From assembly GCA_949284685.1 (NCBI GenBank), contig CASDWE010000003.1, forward strand, positions 52,870-116,869: a stretch of 64,000 nt of DNA. Reading direction: 5' to 3'. Positions 40,917 through 50,467 of the stretch are shown here, one piece after another. Both the position numbers and the translations under genes were made by a program. The notes below the pieces were generated by a model. It saw nothing but the letters and a program-made list of their open reading frames with translations. It was not told the origin of the DNA and did not search any database. The stretch comes from an uncultured bacterium. GTDB lineage: Bacteria > Bacillota_I > Bacilli_A > RFN20 > CAG-826. How positions within the stretch are numbered: the stretch's first letter is position 1; every line of letters begins with the position of its first letter.

Positions 40917-42902
40917 TTAATTCTTAATTAATTCTAATAGTTGATTCAAAACACTTTCTTTGTCAAATTTAAAGTGTTTTATAGCATCTGATGCTGGTGC
41001 ACTAGTGCCAAATGTATCGATTCCAATATTGTGTTTTGCAAATTTTGACCAACCAAATGTTGATAGCATTTCAATAGATACTCTTTTATCGTATGGAAGA
41101 GATAAAATTTCATCTTGATAAGTTTTATCTTGTCTTAAGAATATTTCTTGTGATGGCATTGATACAACACGAATATCGATTCCTTTTTCTTTTAACATGG
41201 TTTTAAGTTCAATTGCTAATGAAACTTCACTACCTGTCGCTATTAAGATTAAATCAGCTTTATTTTCTTCTTTTGCAACAACATAAGCACCTTTTTTAAC
41301 ACCATCAAGAGATGTTGTTTTCAAATTCGGTAAGTTTTGACGCGACAAAATAATTGCTGTTGGACGGTCTAATGATTTTAATCCAAGATACCAAGCAGCA
41401 TAAGTTTCCATTTCATCGCAAGGTCTAATGACATCTAAATTAGGAATACTACGTAACATCGCTAGATGTTCGATTGGCTGATGGGTAGGACCATCTTCAC
41501 CAACTGCAATACTATCATGCGAAAACAAATAAATAACTGGCAAATGAGATAATGCCGCTGTTCTAATAGCGGATTTCATATAATCAGAAAATACTAAGAA
41601 GCATCCAATATAAACTCTTAATCCATGATGTAACATTATTCCATTAGCAGCACTGGCCATTAAAAATTCACGAATACCCCAGTTTATATTATGTCCGCTT
41701 CGATTAGATGGAGTAAAATCAGTTCCACCATTTATCTTAGTTATAACACTTCCAGCAACATCAGCGCTTCCTCCAATAAGATTTGGAATAGAAAGAATAT
41801 AGTCATTTAAAGCTTTGCCAGATGCATTACGTGTGGAAATTGAACTCCCTATTTCAATATCTGGCATAACATCGCTTAAATATTTGCTGACGTCATTTTT
41901 AATTAAGTTAGTAAAACGTAAAGCATCTTTTTTATTGTGTTTAGCATATGAATCAAATTCTTTTTTATATTCTTCATAAGCTTTCGTTCCACGTTTAATA
42001 AAGCTGTCGGCGAAATTTTTATAAACTTCTTCAGGAATAAAAAATGGTTCATAATCGTAATGATATATTTCTTTTTTAGCGTAATTTCCATCTTCTTCTC
42101 CTAATGGAGATCCATGAACTTTACTTGTTCCTTGTTTTTTAGAACCATAACCTATTATCGTTTTTACAATAATTAATGTTGGTTTATCTTTTGATAATTT
42201 AGCTTGCTTAATAGCGTTATCAATTGCGATGATATCATTACCGTCTTCAACTTTTAAAACGTTCCATTCGCTAGCTAAAAAACGATTTTCAACTGATTCA
42301 GAAAACGACATTTCTAATCCACCATCAAGGGTAACATCATTTGAATCATAAAATAAAATTAATTTATTTAATTTTTGATGGCCAGCAAAAGAAATTGCTT
42401 CTTGTGAGAGTCCTTCTTGAAGACAACCATCACCGCATAAACAATATGTATAGTGATTAATTAATGTCTTTCCGTCTTCATATTGGGCTTGTAGCGACTG
42501 TTCAGCAAGTGCAACACCGACGGCTTGAGCAATTCCTTGACCTAAAGGTCCGCTTGTGGCATCAACTCCAGCTGTATGACCATATTCAGGATGCCCAGGA
42601 GTTAAACTATTCAATTGACGAAAAGATTTAAGATCATCAATAGTTAATCCATAACCGCACAAATGCAACATTGTATATAACAAACTAGAAGCATGTCCAG
42701 CACTTAAAATAAAACGATCGCGATTAATCCAATTTGGATGGTTAGGATCGGCTATTAAATGATTTTTAAATAAAGTATAGACAATAGGTGCAGAACCTAG
42801 AGCCATTCCAGGATGTCCGCTTTTTGCCTTGTTAATTACATCGATACACGTTGATCTAATTGCTGCTATTGATAGTTCATCAATTTTCATTCTTTCTGCC
42901 AT
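40917..42902 (-). CDS. tkt: Transketolase
   Basis: SGHPG, TPGHPE, GPLGQG, GDGCLQEG, GEDGPTHQPIE. Confidence 0.98.
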   Translation of the reverse strand: MAERMKIDELSIAAIRSTCIDVINKAKSGHPGMALGSAPIVYTLFKNHLIADPNHPNWINRDRFILSAGHASSLLYTMLHLCGYGLTIDDLKSFRQLNSLTPGHPEYGHTAGVDATSGPLGQGIAQAVGVALAEQSLQAQYEDGKTLINHYTYCLCGDGCLQEGLSQEAISFAGHQKLNKLILFYDSNDVTLDGGLEMSFSESVENRFLASEWNVLKVEDGNDIIAIDNAIKQAKLSKDKPTLIIVKTIIGYGSKKQGTSKVHGSPLGEEDGNYAKKEIYHYDYEPFFIPEEVYKNFADSFIKRGTKAYEEYKKEFDSYAKHNKKDALRFTNLIKNDVSKYLSDVMPDIEIGSSISTRNASGKALNDYILSIPNLIGGSADVAGSVITKINGGTDFTPSNRSGHNINWGIREFLMASAANGIMLHHGLRVYIGCFLVFSDYMKSAIRTAALSHLPVIYLFSHDSIAVGEDGPTHQPIEHLAMLRSIPNLDVIRPCDEMETYAAWYLGLKSLDRPTAIILSRQNLPNLKTTSLDGVKKGAYVVAKEENKADLILIATGSEVSLAIELKTMLKEKGIDIRVVSMPSQEIFLRQDKTYQDEILSLPYDKRVSIEMLSTFGWSKFAKHNIGIDTFGTSAPASDAIKHFKFDKESVLNQLLELIKN

Positions 42903-42914
42903 TTTTAAATCTCC

Positions 42915-42941
42915 TTAGTAATTATTTAGTATATATTTAGT
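42915..42941 (-). repeat. Triple ACTAA array with 11-bp period (site D, inverted)
   Basis: Minus strand ACTAAatatat ACTAAataatt ACTAA. Confidence 0.72.
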
Positions 42942-44661
42942 TTTTTAAACTAATCCCAAGTTCATCTAATTGATCATCATCAACTTTATTAGGTGCTCCT
43001 GATACTGGATCAACTGCATTAAGATTTTTAGGAAATGCAATAACATCGCGTATGTTATCCGTTCCACCTAAAATCATCGCTAGACGATCTAAGCCAAACG
43101 CTATTCCACCATGTGGAGGCGTACCATATTTTAAAGCTTCGATAAAATAACCAAATTTTTCTTGTATTTGTTCATCGCTCAAACCTAATATTTCAAAAAT
43201 TTGTTTTTGAATATTTTGATCATAAATTCTTAATGTTCCACCACCAGCTTCATAACCGTTTATAACAATATCATATGCGTATGACAAAACTTCTAATGGA
43301 TTAGTTTTTAATTGATTTAGACATTCATCTTTTGGTCTAGTAAAAGGATGATGTGTCGCGACAATTTTGTTATCTTCGACGTTTTTTTCAAACATTGGAA
43401 AATCTACTACCCACAATAAATCGTAAGTGTTTGGTTTGATTAGTTTAAGTTGTTTGGCGTAATTATTTCTTAATGAGCCTAAAAAAGAACAAACACGATT
43501 ATATGAGCCGTGGCTGATGATAAGAATATCACCATTGTTTAAATTTGCTCTATTTATCAAATTTGAAATCGATTCATCATCAAGATATTTTGCTAAAGAT
43601 CCATGAAATTCATTATTTTCATATTTTAAAACATTTACAAAATCTAAATTGAATTTTTTGGCTTCTAAATTTAATGAATCAATAACTTTTCTTGATGTTT
43701 CAGCGGCAATATTTTCTACTTTTATTGCTCTAATGGACAAATTGCCTTGATAAAATGGAATATTTAATTTTTGTAAAATATCATCAACGTCAAATAATTT
43801 CATGTCAAAACGTGTATCTGGTTTATCACTTCCATAATTTTTTATAGCATCACTATATTTAATTTGACGTAACGGCAAAGAAATTTCTACACCAATAGTA
43901 TCTTTGAATATTTTATATAACAATCCTTCCATCAATTTTAATAATTCGCCTTGACTTAAAAAGGAAGTTTCAATATCAATTTGAGTAAAATCAGGTTGGC
44001 GATCAGCTCTTAAATCTTCATCGCGAAAACATCTAGCGATTTGATAATATCTTTCAAGACCACCTACCATTAACATTTGTTTAAACATTTGTGGACTTTG
44101 TGGTAAGGCATAAAAATTACCTTTATGTATTCTTGATGGAACTAAATATTCTTTCGCCCCCTCAGGAGATGATGCACATAACATTGGGGTTTCAATTTCG
44201 ATAAAATGGTATTGATTTAAGTATTCATGCACCGCCATTTTGATTTTATGACGTATATCTAAATAATGCTGCATGATTGGTCTTCTTAAATCTAAATAAC
44301 GATATTTTAAGCGAGTTTCTTCCAATGCATCAGTGTTATTATCAATGATTAAAGGAGGGTTAATTGCACTATTTATTAAATTGACTTCATCAGCAATTAT
44401 TTCAATTTCTCCGGTTTTAAGTTTAAGATTTGGTGTTTCTTTTTTTGAAACAACACCTTTGACATTAATTACATATTCATTTCTGATTTCGCAACATTTG
44501 ACATTATCTTTAACTAAAACTTGAATTATTCCACTTCTATCACGTAAATCAATGAAAAGTAATTGTCCTAAATTTCTTTTTTTGGCAACCCATCCCACTA
44601 AAGAAACATGCTTTCCAACATCTTTTAAAGATAATTCTGTATTAAATAAGTCTCTATACAT
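42937..44661 (-). CDS. aspS: Aspartate--tRNA ligase
   Basis: FIDLRDR, LPQSPQ, FRDEDLRADRQP, PPHGGIAFGLDR; start placed at MYRD. Confidence 0.97.
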   Translation of the reverse strand: MYRDLFNTELSLKDVGKHVSLVGWVAKKRNLGQLLFIDLRDRSGIIQVLVKDNVKCCEIRNEYVINVKGVVSKKETPNLKLKTGEIEIIADEVNLINSAINPPLIIDNNTDALEETRLKYRYLDLRRPIMQHYLDIRHKIKMAVHEYLNQYHFIEIETPMLCASSPEGAKEYLVPSRIHKGNFYALPQSPQMFKQMLMVGGLERYYQIARCFRDEDLRADRQPDFTQIDIETSFLSQGELLKLMEGLLYKIFKDTIGVEISLPLRQIKYSDAIKNYGSDKPDTRFDMKLFDVDDILQKLNIPFYQGNLSIRAIKVENIAAETSRKVIDSLNLEAKKFNLDFVNVLKYENNEFHGSLAKYLDDESISNLINRANLNNGDILIISHGSYNRVCSFLGSLRNNYAKQLKLIKPNTYDLLWVVDFPMFEKNVEDNKIVATHHPFTRPKDECLNQLKTNPLEVLSYAYDIVINGYEAGGGTLRIYDQNIQKQIFEILGLSDEQIQEKFGYFIEALKYGTPPHGGIAFGLDRLAMILGGTDNIRDVIAFPKNLNAVDPVSGAPNKVDDDQLDELGISLKN

Positions 44662-44662
44662 A

Positions 44663-45952
44663 TTAATTTTCCTCGTGATTATGCTCAAATTGTTTGCAAA
44701 AATATAAAACTAAGTCATCATATTTAACAACATCTTGTGTTTGATTAGTTAAATTTTTAACAGTTAATTCATTATTATTAATTTCATCTTCACCGATGAA
44801 AATAACATAATGGGCCTGTTTTTTTAAGGCTATTTTTATTGCAGAAGATGGCTTATGAAATTGATAATCACTGTCGCATACAAAGCCATGCATTCTTAAT
44901 AAATTACTGACATTAAATGCACTTAAATTTGCACTTTCATCAATCGCAGCAACATAAATATCGATTGAATATTCAGGATTTGGTATTAATTCATCATCTT
45001 TAAGAATTGAGTAAATTCTTTCAATACCAAACGAAAATCCAACACCTTGCAAGTTTGGACCGCCTAATTCATTTATTAAATTCGAATAGTGTCCACCTGC
45101 ACCAATTGCGCCATAATCAAAACCTTTTTTGCTTACATAATGGAATTCAAAAACGGTCTGGCTATAATAATCTAAACCTCTAACTAAAGTATCATCGACT
45201 TCATATGGAATATAATTTTCATCTAATATTTCTTTTAAATGTTTAAATCTAATTTTAGAATCTTTGCTCAAATAGTCTGACATTTTAGGTGCAGCACGCA
45301 CAATTTCTTTATCGGTATCAACCTTACAATCTAAAATACGTAATGGATTTAATTTAAACCTTTGTTTACAATCATCACACATATTATCGATGTATTGTGA
45401 AAAATATTCTTTCAAAGCATTTCTATATGATGTTCTTGATTCTTCATCTCCTAAAGAATTTATTTTTAATTTAACATTTTCTAAGCCAAATTGTTTTAAT
45501 ATCGTATATCCTAGGATAATTGCTTCGGCATCAAAATATAATGAATCAGTCCCTAAAATTTCAACACCAAATTGATCAAATTGACGATATCGTCCTAATT
45601 GAGGTCTTTCATAGCGAAAAACTGGACCATGATAATAAGCCTTAATAGGCAAATTAGAATTTGCATATAATTTATTATTAACAAAGCTTCGAATTATTGA
45701 AGCGGTAAATTCTGGTCGTAAAGAAATTAGTCTTTCTCCTTTATCTAAAAAAGTATACATTTCTTTTCTAACGATATCGCTGCTTTCGCCTACACCCCTT
45801 TGAAATAAATTAGCGTTTTCTATAACTGGTACTTTAAACAATTTATAAGAAAAAAGACGACAAACATCAGACATTAAATCAACGATGAATTGATAATCTT
45901 GAGCTTCTTTTAATATAACATCATGAGTTCCTTTAAGATTTTGATATTCCAT
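44663..45952 (-). CDS. hisS: Histidine--tRNA ligase
   Basis: LRPEFTA, FRYERPQ.GR.RQF, LVRGLDYY, GFSFGIER. Confidence 0.98.
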   Translation of the reverse strand: MEYQNLKGTHDVILKEAQDYQFIVDLMSDVCRLFSYKLFKVPVIENANLFQRGVGESSDIVRKEMYTFLDKGERLISLRPEFTASIIRSFVNNKLYANSNLPIKAYYHGPVFRYERPQLGRYRQFDQFGVEILGTDSLYFDAEAIILGYTILKQFGLENVKLKINSLGDEESRTSYRNALKEYFSQYIDNMCDDCKQRFKLNPLRILDCKVDTDKEIVRAAPKMSDYLSKDSKIRFKHLKEILDENYIPYEVDDTLVRGLDYYSQTVFEFHYVSKKGFDYGAIGAGGHYSNLINELGGPNLQGVGFSFGIERIYSILKDDELIPNPEYSIDIYVAAIDESANLSAFNVSNLLRMHGFVCDSDYQFHKPSSAIKIALKKQAHYVIFIGEDEINNNELTVKNLTNQTQDVVKYDDLVLYFCKQFEHNHEEN

Positions 45953-46000
45953 ATATCCTCCAACTAAACATTATATAGAATTGCTATTCTATATACAAAG

Positions 46001-48217
46001 CTAATGTATCACACGCGACACATTTATTACACCTTTTAAAGATAATAGCAATGAAAATACATTTTCTAATTTCTTAGCGTTTTCAACATGAATTGTGGCG
46101 GTAATTGTCGTAATAAGTGTTTGAGTATTTAATTTAGCGTTAATTGCTGTGAGCATAATATTTTGTGACGCTAATGCGGACATCACATCATTTAAAAGAC
46201 TTGTCCTATCGCTAGCGTCTAAAGATATATCAACTTGATATTTTTTGTTTTGTAAATCATCACGCCAATAGACATTGACTAGACGCAATTTTTCTTTAGC
46301 AATATTTGGACAATTTATGCGATGAACACTTATTCCCTTTCCTCTTGTAATATAGCCGACAATTTGATCGCCAGGTATTGGGTTACAACATGATGCTAAA
46401 TTTATCATAATTTTGCCAACGCCTTTGCAATAAACAGGACAATCATCATCACTATTGACTTTATTATTTTTAAATGTTGGCAGAGAGTTTATTTTTTTAA
46501 GTCCAAGATAATCCGCTAAGTTACTTGGTAGTATTTCTTTATTGCTAACAGCTAAAAATAATTCATCTAAATCATTGACATTAAAGTGATTAAAAACATC
46601 TTTTTTATCGATATATCTTATTATTTCATTTTCACTAGTTATACCACGATCTCTAAATCCATCAATACAAATATTTTTACCTTTATTAATATTTTCTTGA
46701 CGCATGTAAGCAGCGTTTTTCTTAAATAAATATTTTTTAATTGCACTTTTTGCATTATGGCTGACAACAAAATCTAACCATTTTTCATTAGGTCCAGGTG
46801 CATTTTTGCTCGTTTTTATTTCGCACACATCACCAGTTTTTAATTTGGTATTAAGCGGAACCATTAAATTATTTATCAAAGCACCAACAGTGGATTCTCC
46901 AACTTTTGTATGAATACGATATGCAAAATCTAAACAAGTTGCACCGCGTGGCAATTCCACTACTTTTCCTTTTGGAGTAAAAACATATACATTAGCACCA
47001 AAAATATCATTAGTTAAAGATTCCATATATTCTTGAGCATCGCCATCAGTGTGATCGGACATCGATACAAAATCTCTAAACCAATGCAATTGGTTTTCTA
47101 TTTCTCTTTGTTCTTTTTGAGAATTATAAGATCCTTCTTTATAGGCCCAGTGAGCGGCAACACCACTTTCAGCGACATCATCCATTTTTTCGGTTCGGAT
47201 TTGCACTTCATATATGTTTCCGTCACCAGAAACAATGCTGGTATGCAATGATTGATAAAGATTTGGTTTTGGCATAGCAATATAATCTTTAAATCTTCCT
47301 GGTATTGGACGATATGTTTGATGAATTAATCCTAATATTTCATAGCATTGTAAATCAGTTTTAGTTATTATTCTTAAAGCTAAAACATCATAAATTTCAT
47401 CAAATTTTTTACCTTTATGATACATTTTTTCATAAATGGAATATATTGACTTAATTCTTGTTTTAATATCAAAAGGAATATTATGTTCGAATAATATATC
47501 AGCGATGCGTTTAGCTAATGCATCTAATGATTTTTTTCTTGTTTTAAAACGATTAGACAATAATTTTGATATTTCTTGATATTTATCAGGTTCAAGATAT
47601 TTTAAAGATAAATCTTCTAATTCGCTTTTTATAACATTGATACCTAAACGATGAGCTATAGGAACAAAAACATCAAGAGTTTCACGCGAAATAATTAATT
47701 GACGGTCTTTAGTTAATGAGTCTAATGTTCTCATGTTGTGAAGACGATCTGCTAATTTGACAATAATAACACGAACATCTTGAGCCATTCCTAAAAATAT
47801 TTTCATGTGATCTTCGGCTTCAAATTCTTCTTTTGAAATTTTAGAAAGTTTTAATCTTTGAATTTTTGTTAAAGAATCGACAATTTTTGCGACATCTTTT
47901 CCAAATTTATCTTCAATTTCTTTTAGTGGTGTGTTCGTATCTTCGACAACATCGTGTAATAAACCAGCACATAAGGTTACTGGTCCACATTGTAAAGTTG
48001 CTAAAATATAGCATACTTCCACTAAATGATGATAATAAGGTTCACCTGACCTACGATATTGACCTTCGTGTTTTTGCAAAATGTATTCATAAGCCGTGCG
48101 AATCATTTCCCGGTCTTTTAAATTTGAAATATATACATCATATAAAGACTCAACTTCTTCGAAATTGTGTAATTTATATCCGCCATTAAATTGTGTTTTG
48201 ATTTCCGTTGTTTCCAT
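46001..48217 (-). CDS. relA: Bifunctional (p)ppGpp synthetase/hydrolase Rel
   Basis: RRSGEPY, LHDVVED, KLADRLHNMRTL, YQSLHT, EVQIRT, TGS and ACT domains. Confidence 0.97.
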   Translation of the reverse strand: METTEIKTQFNGGYKLHNFEEVESLYDVYISNLKDREMIRTAYEYILQKHEGQYRRSGEPYYHHLVEVCYILATLQCGPVTLCAGLLHDVVEDTNTPLKEIEDKFGKDVAKIVDSLTKIQRLKLSKISKEEFEAEDHMKIFLGMAQDVRVIIVKLADRLHNMRTLDSLTKDRQLIISRETLDVFVPIAHRLGINVIKSELEDLSLKYLEPDKYQEISKLLSNRFKTRKKSLDALAKRIADILFEHNIPFDIKTRIKSIYSIYEKMYHKGKKFDEIYDVLALRIITKTDLQCYEILGLIHQTYRPIPGRFKDYIAMPKPNLYQSLHTSIVSGDGNIYEVQIRTEKMDDVAESGVAAHWAYKEGSYNSQKEQREIENQLHWFRDFVSMSDHTDGDAQEYMESLTNDIFGANVYVFTPKGKVVELPRGATCLDFAYRIHTKVGESTVGALINNLMVPLNTKLKTGDVCEIKTSKNAPGPNEKWLDFVVSHNAKSAIKKYLFKKNAAYMRQENINKGKNICIDGFRDRGITSENEIIRYIDKKDVFNHFNVNDLDELFLAVSNKEILPSNLADYLGLKKINSLPTFKNNKVNSDDDCPVYCKGVGKIMINLASCCNPIPGDQIVGYITRGKGISVHRINCPNIAKEKLRLVNVYWRDDLQNKKYQVDISLDASDRTSLLNDVMSALASQNIMLTAINAKLNTQTLITTITATIHVENAKKLENVFSLLLSLKGVINVSRVIH

Positions 48218-48218
48218 A

Positions 48219-48866
48219 TTAGTAATAAAGTTGTATCTCCATAATATTTGTTTGATCTAAACCAGCAAAAATATTTAATGTTGATGAATCAAGTTTAAAA
48301 ATGATTTCACTTTTTTTCACATCATTATTTTCAATAGTGCTATCTAATTTAATGTAATTTGTTTCATCAATTGATAAAGCACTATCATAAACATCAATAT
48401 TGGTTTTGCCGCTATCATAATCGATTGTTTTAACATAAACGGGTGTAGCAATTATTTTGACGAATTTATATGTATTAGAAAAATGAAATGAAATTTGTCC
48501 ATCATCATTTGAAAATTCACCAATTAATAAACCATTTATTCCTTCATAACAATTTTTAAAATTTGTTATTTCTAGTTCGATTTGATTAGAGTTATGCATA
48601 TCTTCCACTATTTGATTAGAATCAGTATATTTTTCACCAATCGTTTGATTTTCATTATAAAAAGATAAAGTATGATAATTTAAACCCTCGCCGATAGAAA
48701 TGTCATTACTCGTATAGTTATACGATATTGTTGTAGTGCTTGCTATAAAATTGCTATCGAAAATAGAACCATTTGGATTGTTGCTAATAGAAAAATCACA
48801 ACTAGTAAGTGGTAGTATTAATAATGATAAAAATAAAAAAACACGTTTCATATTTAAATTATACAT
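48219..48866 (-). CDS. Hypothetical lipoprotein
   Basis: MKRVFLFLSLLILPLTSC lipobox. Confidence 0.65.
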   Translation of the reverse strand: MYNLNMKRVFLFLSLLILPLTSCDFSISNNPNGSIFDSNFIASTTTISYNYTSNDISIGEGLNYHTLSFYNENQTIGEKYTDSNQIVEDMHNSNQIELEITNFKNCYEGINGLLIGEFSNDDGQISFHFSNTYKFVKIIATPVYVKTIDYDSGKTNIDVYDSALSIDETNYIKLDSTIENNDVKKSEIIFKLDSSTLNIFAGLDQTNIMEIQLYY

Positions 48867-48869
48867 AAT

Positions 48870-50429
48870 TTAGCTCGGATTATTAAAATATTTATTAACA
48901 AGAAATTGAACACGACTTGTACCATGGTAATTATGGAGCGAAATTGTGCCATAAAGATCGACCATTGAACCATTTTTAAAGAAATCATCATCGATATTAA
49001 AAGCAACAATTTGACTGAAAATTGATAAATTTGTAATTATGTGTTTTCTTGTTTTATTCAATTGCAAAAATGATTTGCTTACATTACAAATTTTAAATAT
49101 TGGAGGTTTAAATTCTTCACCAAATGGTGAAAAGCTCTCCACTAAACGACAAAGAGATAAATTGATGTCGCTAATTGAAATCTCAATAGATTTGAAAGGT
49201 TTTTGAATTTGTATATTTTTTTGACAAATCGAGATGATTTTTTCTTTAAATTCATTATATTTGTCTTTTTTTATCGTCACACCCCCTGCAAAAGCATGAC
49301 CGCCATAATTAATTAATAAATTCTCAACATTTTTTAATAATTCAATCGCATCATAACCTTCGTCGACACGTATTGAGCCTTTTAAGATTGTAGAATCATT
49401 ACTGTCATATGTAAAAATAATTGTTGGTTTATGATAAATATTTAAAACTTTATTAGCGAGCAAGCCAACCATGCCTTCTTCAATATCATAAATAGATACA
49501 ATCGCACTGCTATCAGTGTCGCTTTCATCAATTGAAATATTTTTCGATATAAATTTTCTTTGTTCGTTAATACTATATATATCTTTATAAATTTGTTTTA
49601 TTAAATCTTTATCATCAGAAGTTAAAAACTTTATTAAACAATTGATTTTATTAGTTTTTAATAAACGCCCTACCGCATTAATTTTTGGTGCCATTTTCAT
49701 TTGTATGCATAAATAATTAAATACATCATCTTCTTTTAATAAATCTAAGGCGTAATATTTGTTGTTTTCGTATAAAGAAGACGCTAAACGCACAATATCA
49801 CGATTAAAATCTTTTAATGGCATCATATCGCTAATTACTGAAATAGCTCCTAATATCAATAAATAAACATCGATTTTTTTTAAAATGGCATATGACACCA
49901 TAAAGGAACAAAATCCAGCACTTGTAGCGATTTGTGAAAAATTGGAGACTAATGGATGTATTATCGCATCAGCGTCAGGCAAAACATCTCCTGGCTTATG
50001 ATGATCGATGATTATAACTTTTATATTGTTGTCTTTTAAATATTTAATTTCTTCATTAGCAACAATGCCATTATCACAAAGAATTACTAATTTATAACCC
50101 TTTTCAATAATTTGTTTAGCACGTTGAATATTTATACCATACCCATCAATGTAGCGGGAGGGAATATAATAACCAACATCCTTATTCAAATAAGAAAACA
50201 TTTTAACTAAAATCGATGTTGCCATGATACCATCGCAATCATAATCACCATAGATCATAATTTTTTCATCATTTGCTAAAGAATAATTTACAATATCAAA
50301 AACTTTATCCATATCTTTAAATGAATACGGATTTTTAATATCAGAAAGTGATAATTCTCTAGTTAAATAGTCATAATCACTTAACGATAAATTGTAATAT
50401 GATAATAATTTTTCAAATAAAGTATCCAT
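48870..50429 (-). CDS. recJ: ssDNA exonuclease RecJ (DHH family)
   Basis: YGDYDCDG, DNG, DHH, GGHAFAGG. Confidence 0.93.
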   Translation of the reverse strand: MDTLFEKLLSYYNLSLSDYDYLTRELSLSDIKNPYSFKDMDKVFDIVNYSLANDEKIMIYGDYDCDGIMATSILVKMFSYLNKDVGYYIPSRYIDGYGINIQRAKQIIEKGYKLVILCDNGIVANEEIKYLKDNNIKVIIIDHHKPGDVLPDADAIIHPLVSNFSQIATSAGFCSFMVSYAILKKIDVYLLILGAISVISDMMPLKDFNRDIVRLASSLYENNKYYALDLLKEDDVFNYLCIQMKMAPKINAVGRLLKTNKINCLIKFLTSDDKDLIKQIYKDIYSINEQRKFISKNISIDESDTDSSAIVSIYDIEEGMVGLLANKVLNIYHKPTIIFTYDSNDSTILKGSIRVDEGYDAIELLKNVENLLINYGGHAFAGGVTIKKDKYNEFKEKIISICQKNIQIQKPFKSIEISISDINLSLCRLVESFSPFGEEFKPPIFKICNVSKSFLQLNKTRKHIITNLSIFSQIVAFNIDDDFFKNGSMVDLYGTISLHNYHGTSRVQFLVNKYFNNPS

Positions 50430-50436
50430 AAATTTT

Positions 50437-50459
50437 AAAAAGACTGCGTTAAGCAGTCT
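50437..50459 (-). terminator. Hairpin after secDF
   Basis: AGACTGC-5 nt-GCAGTCT with T run on the minus strand. Confidence 0.6.
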
Positions 50460-50467
50460 ATATTATT

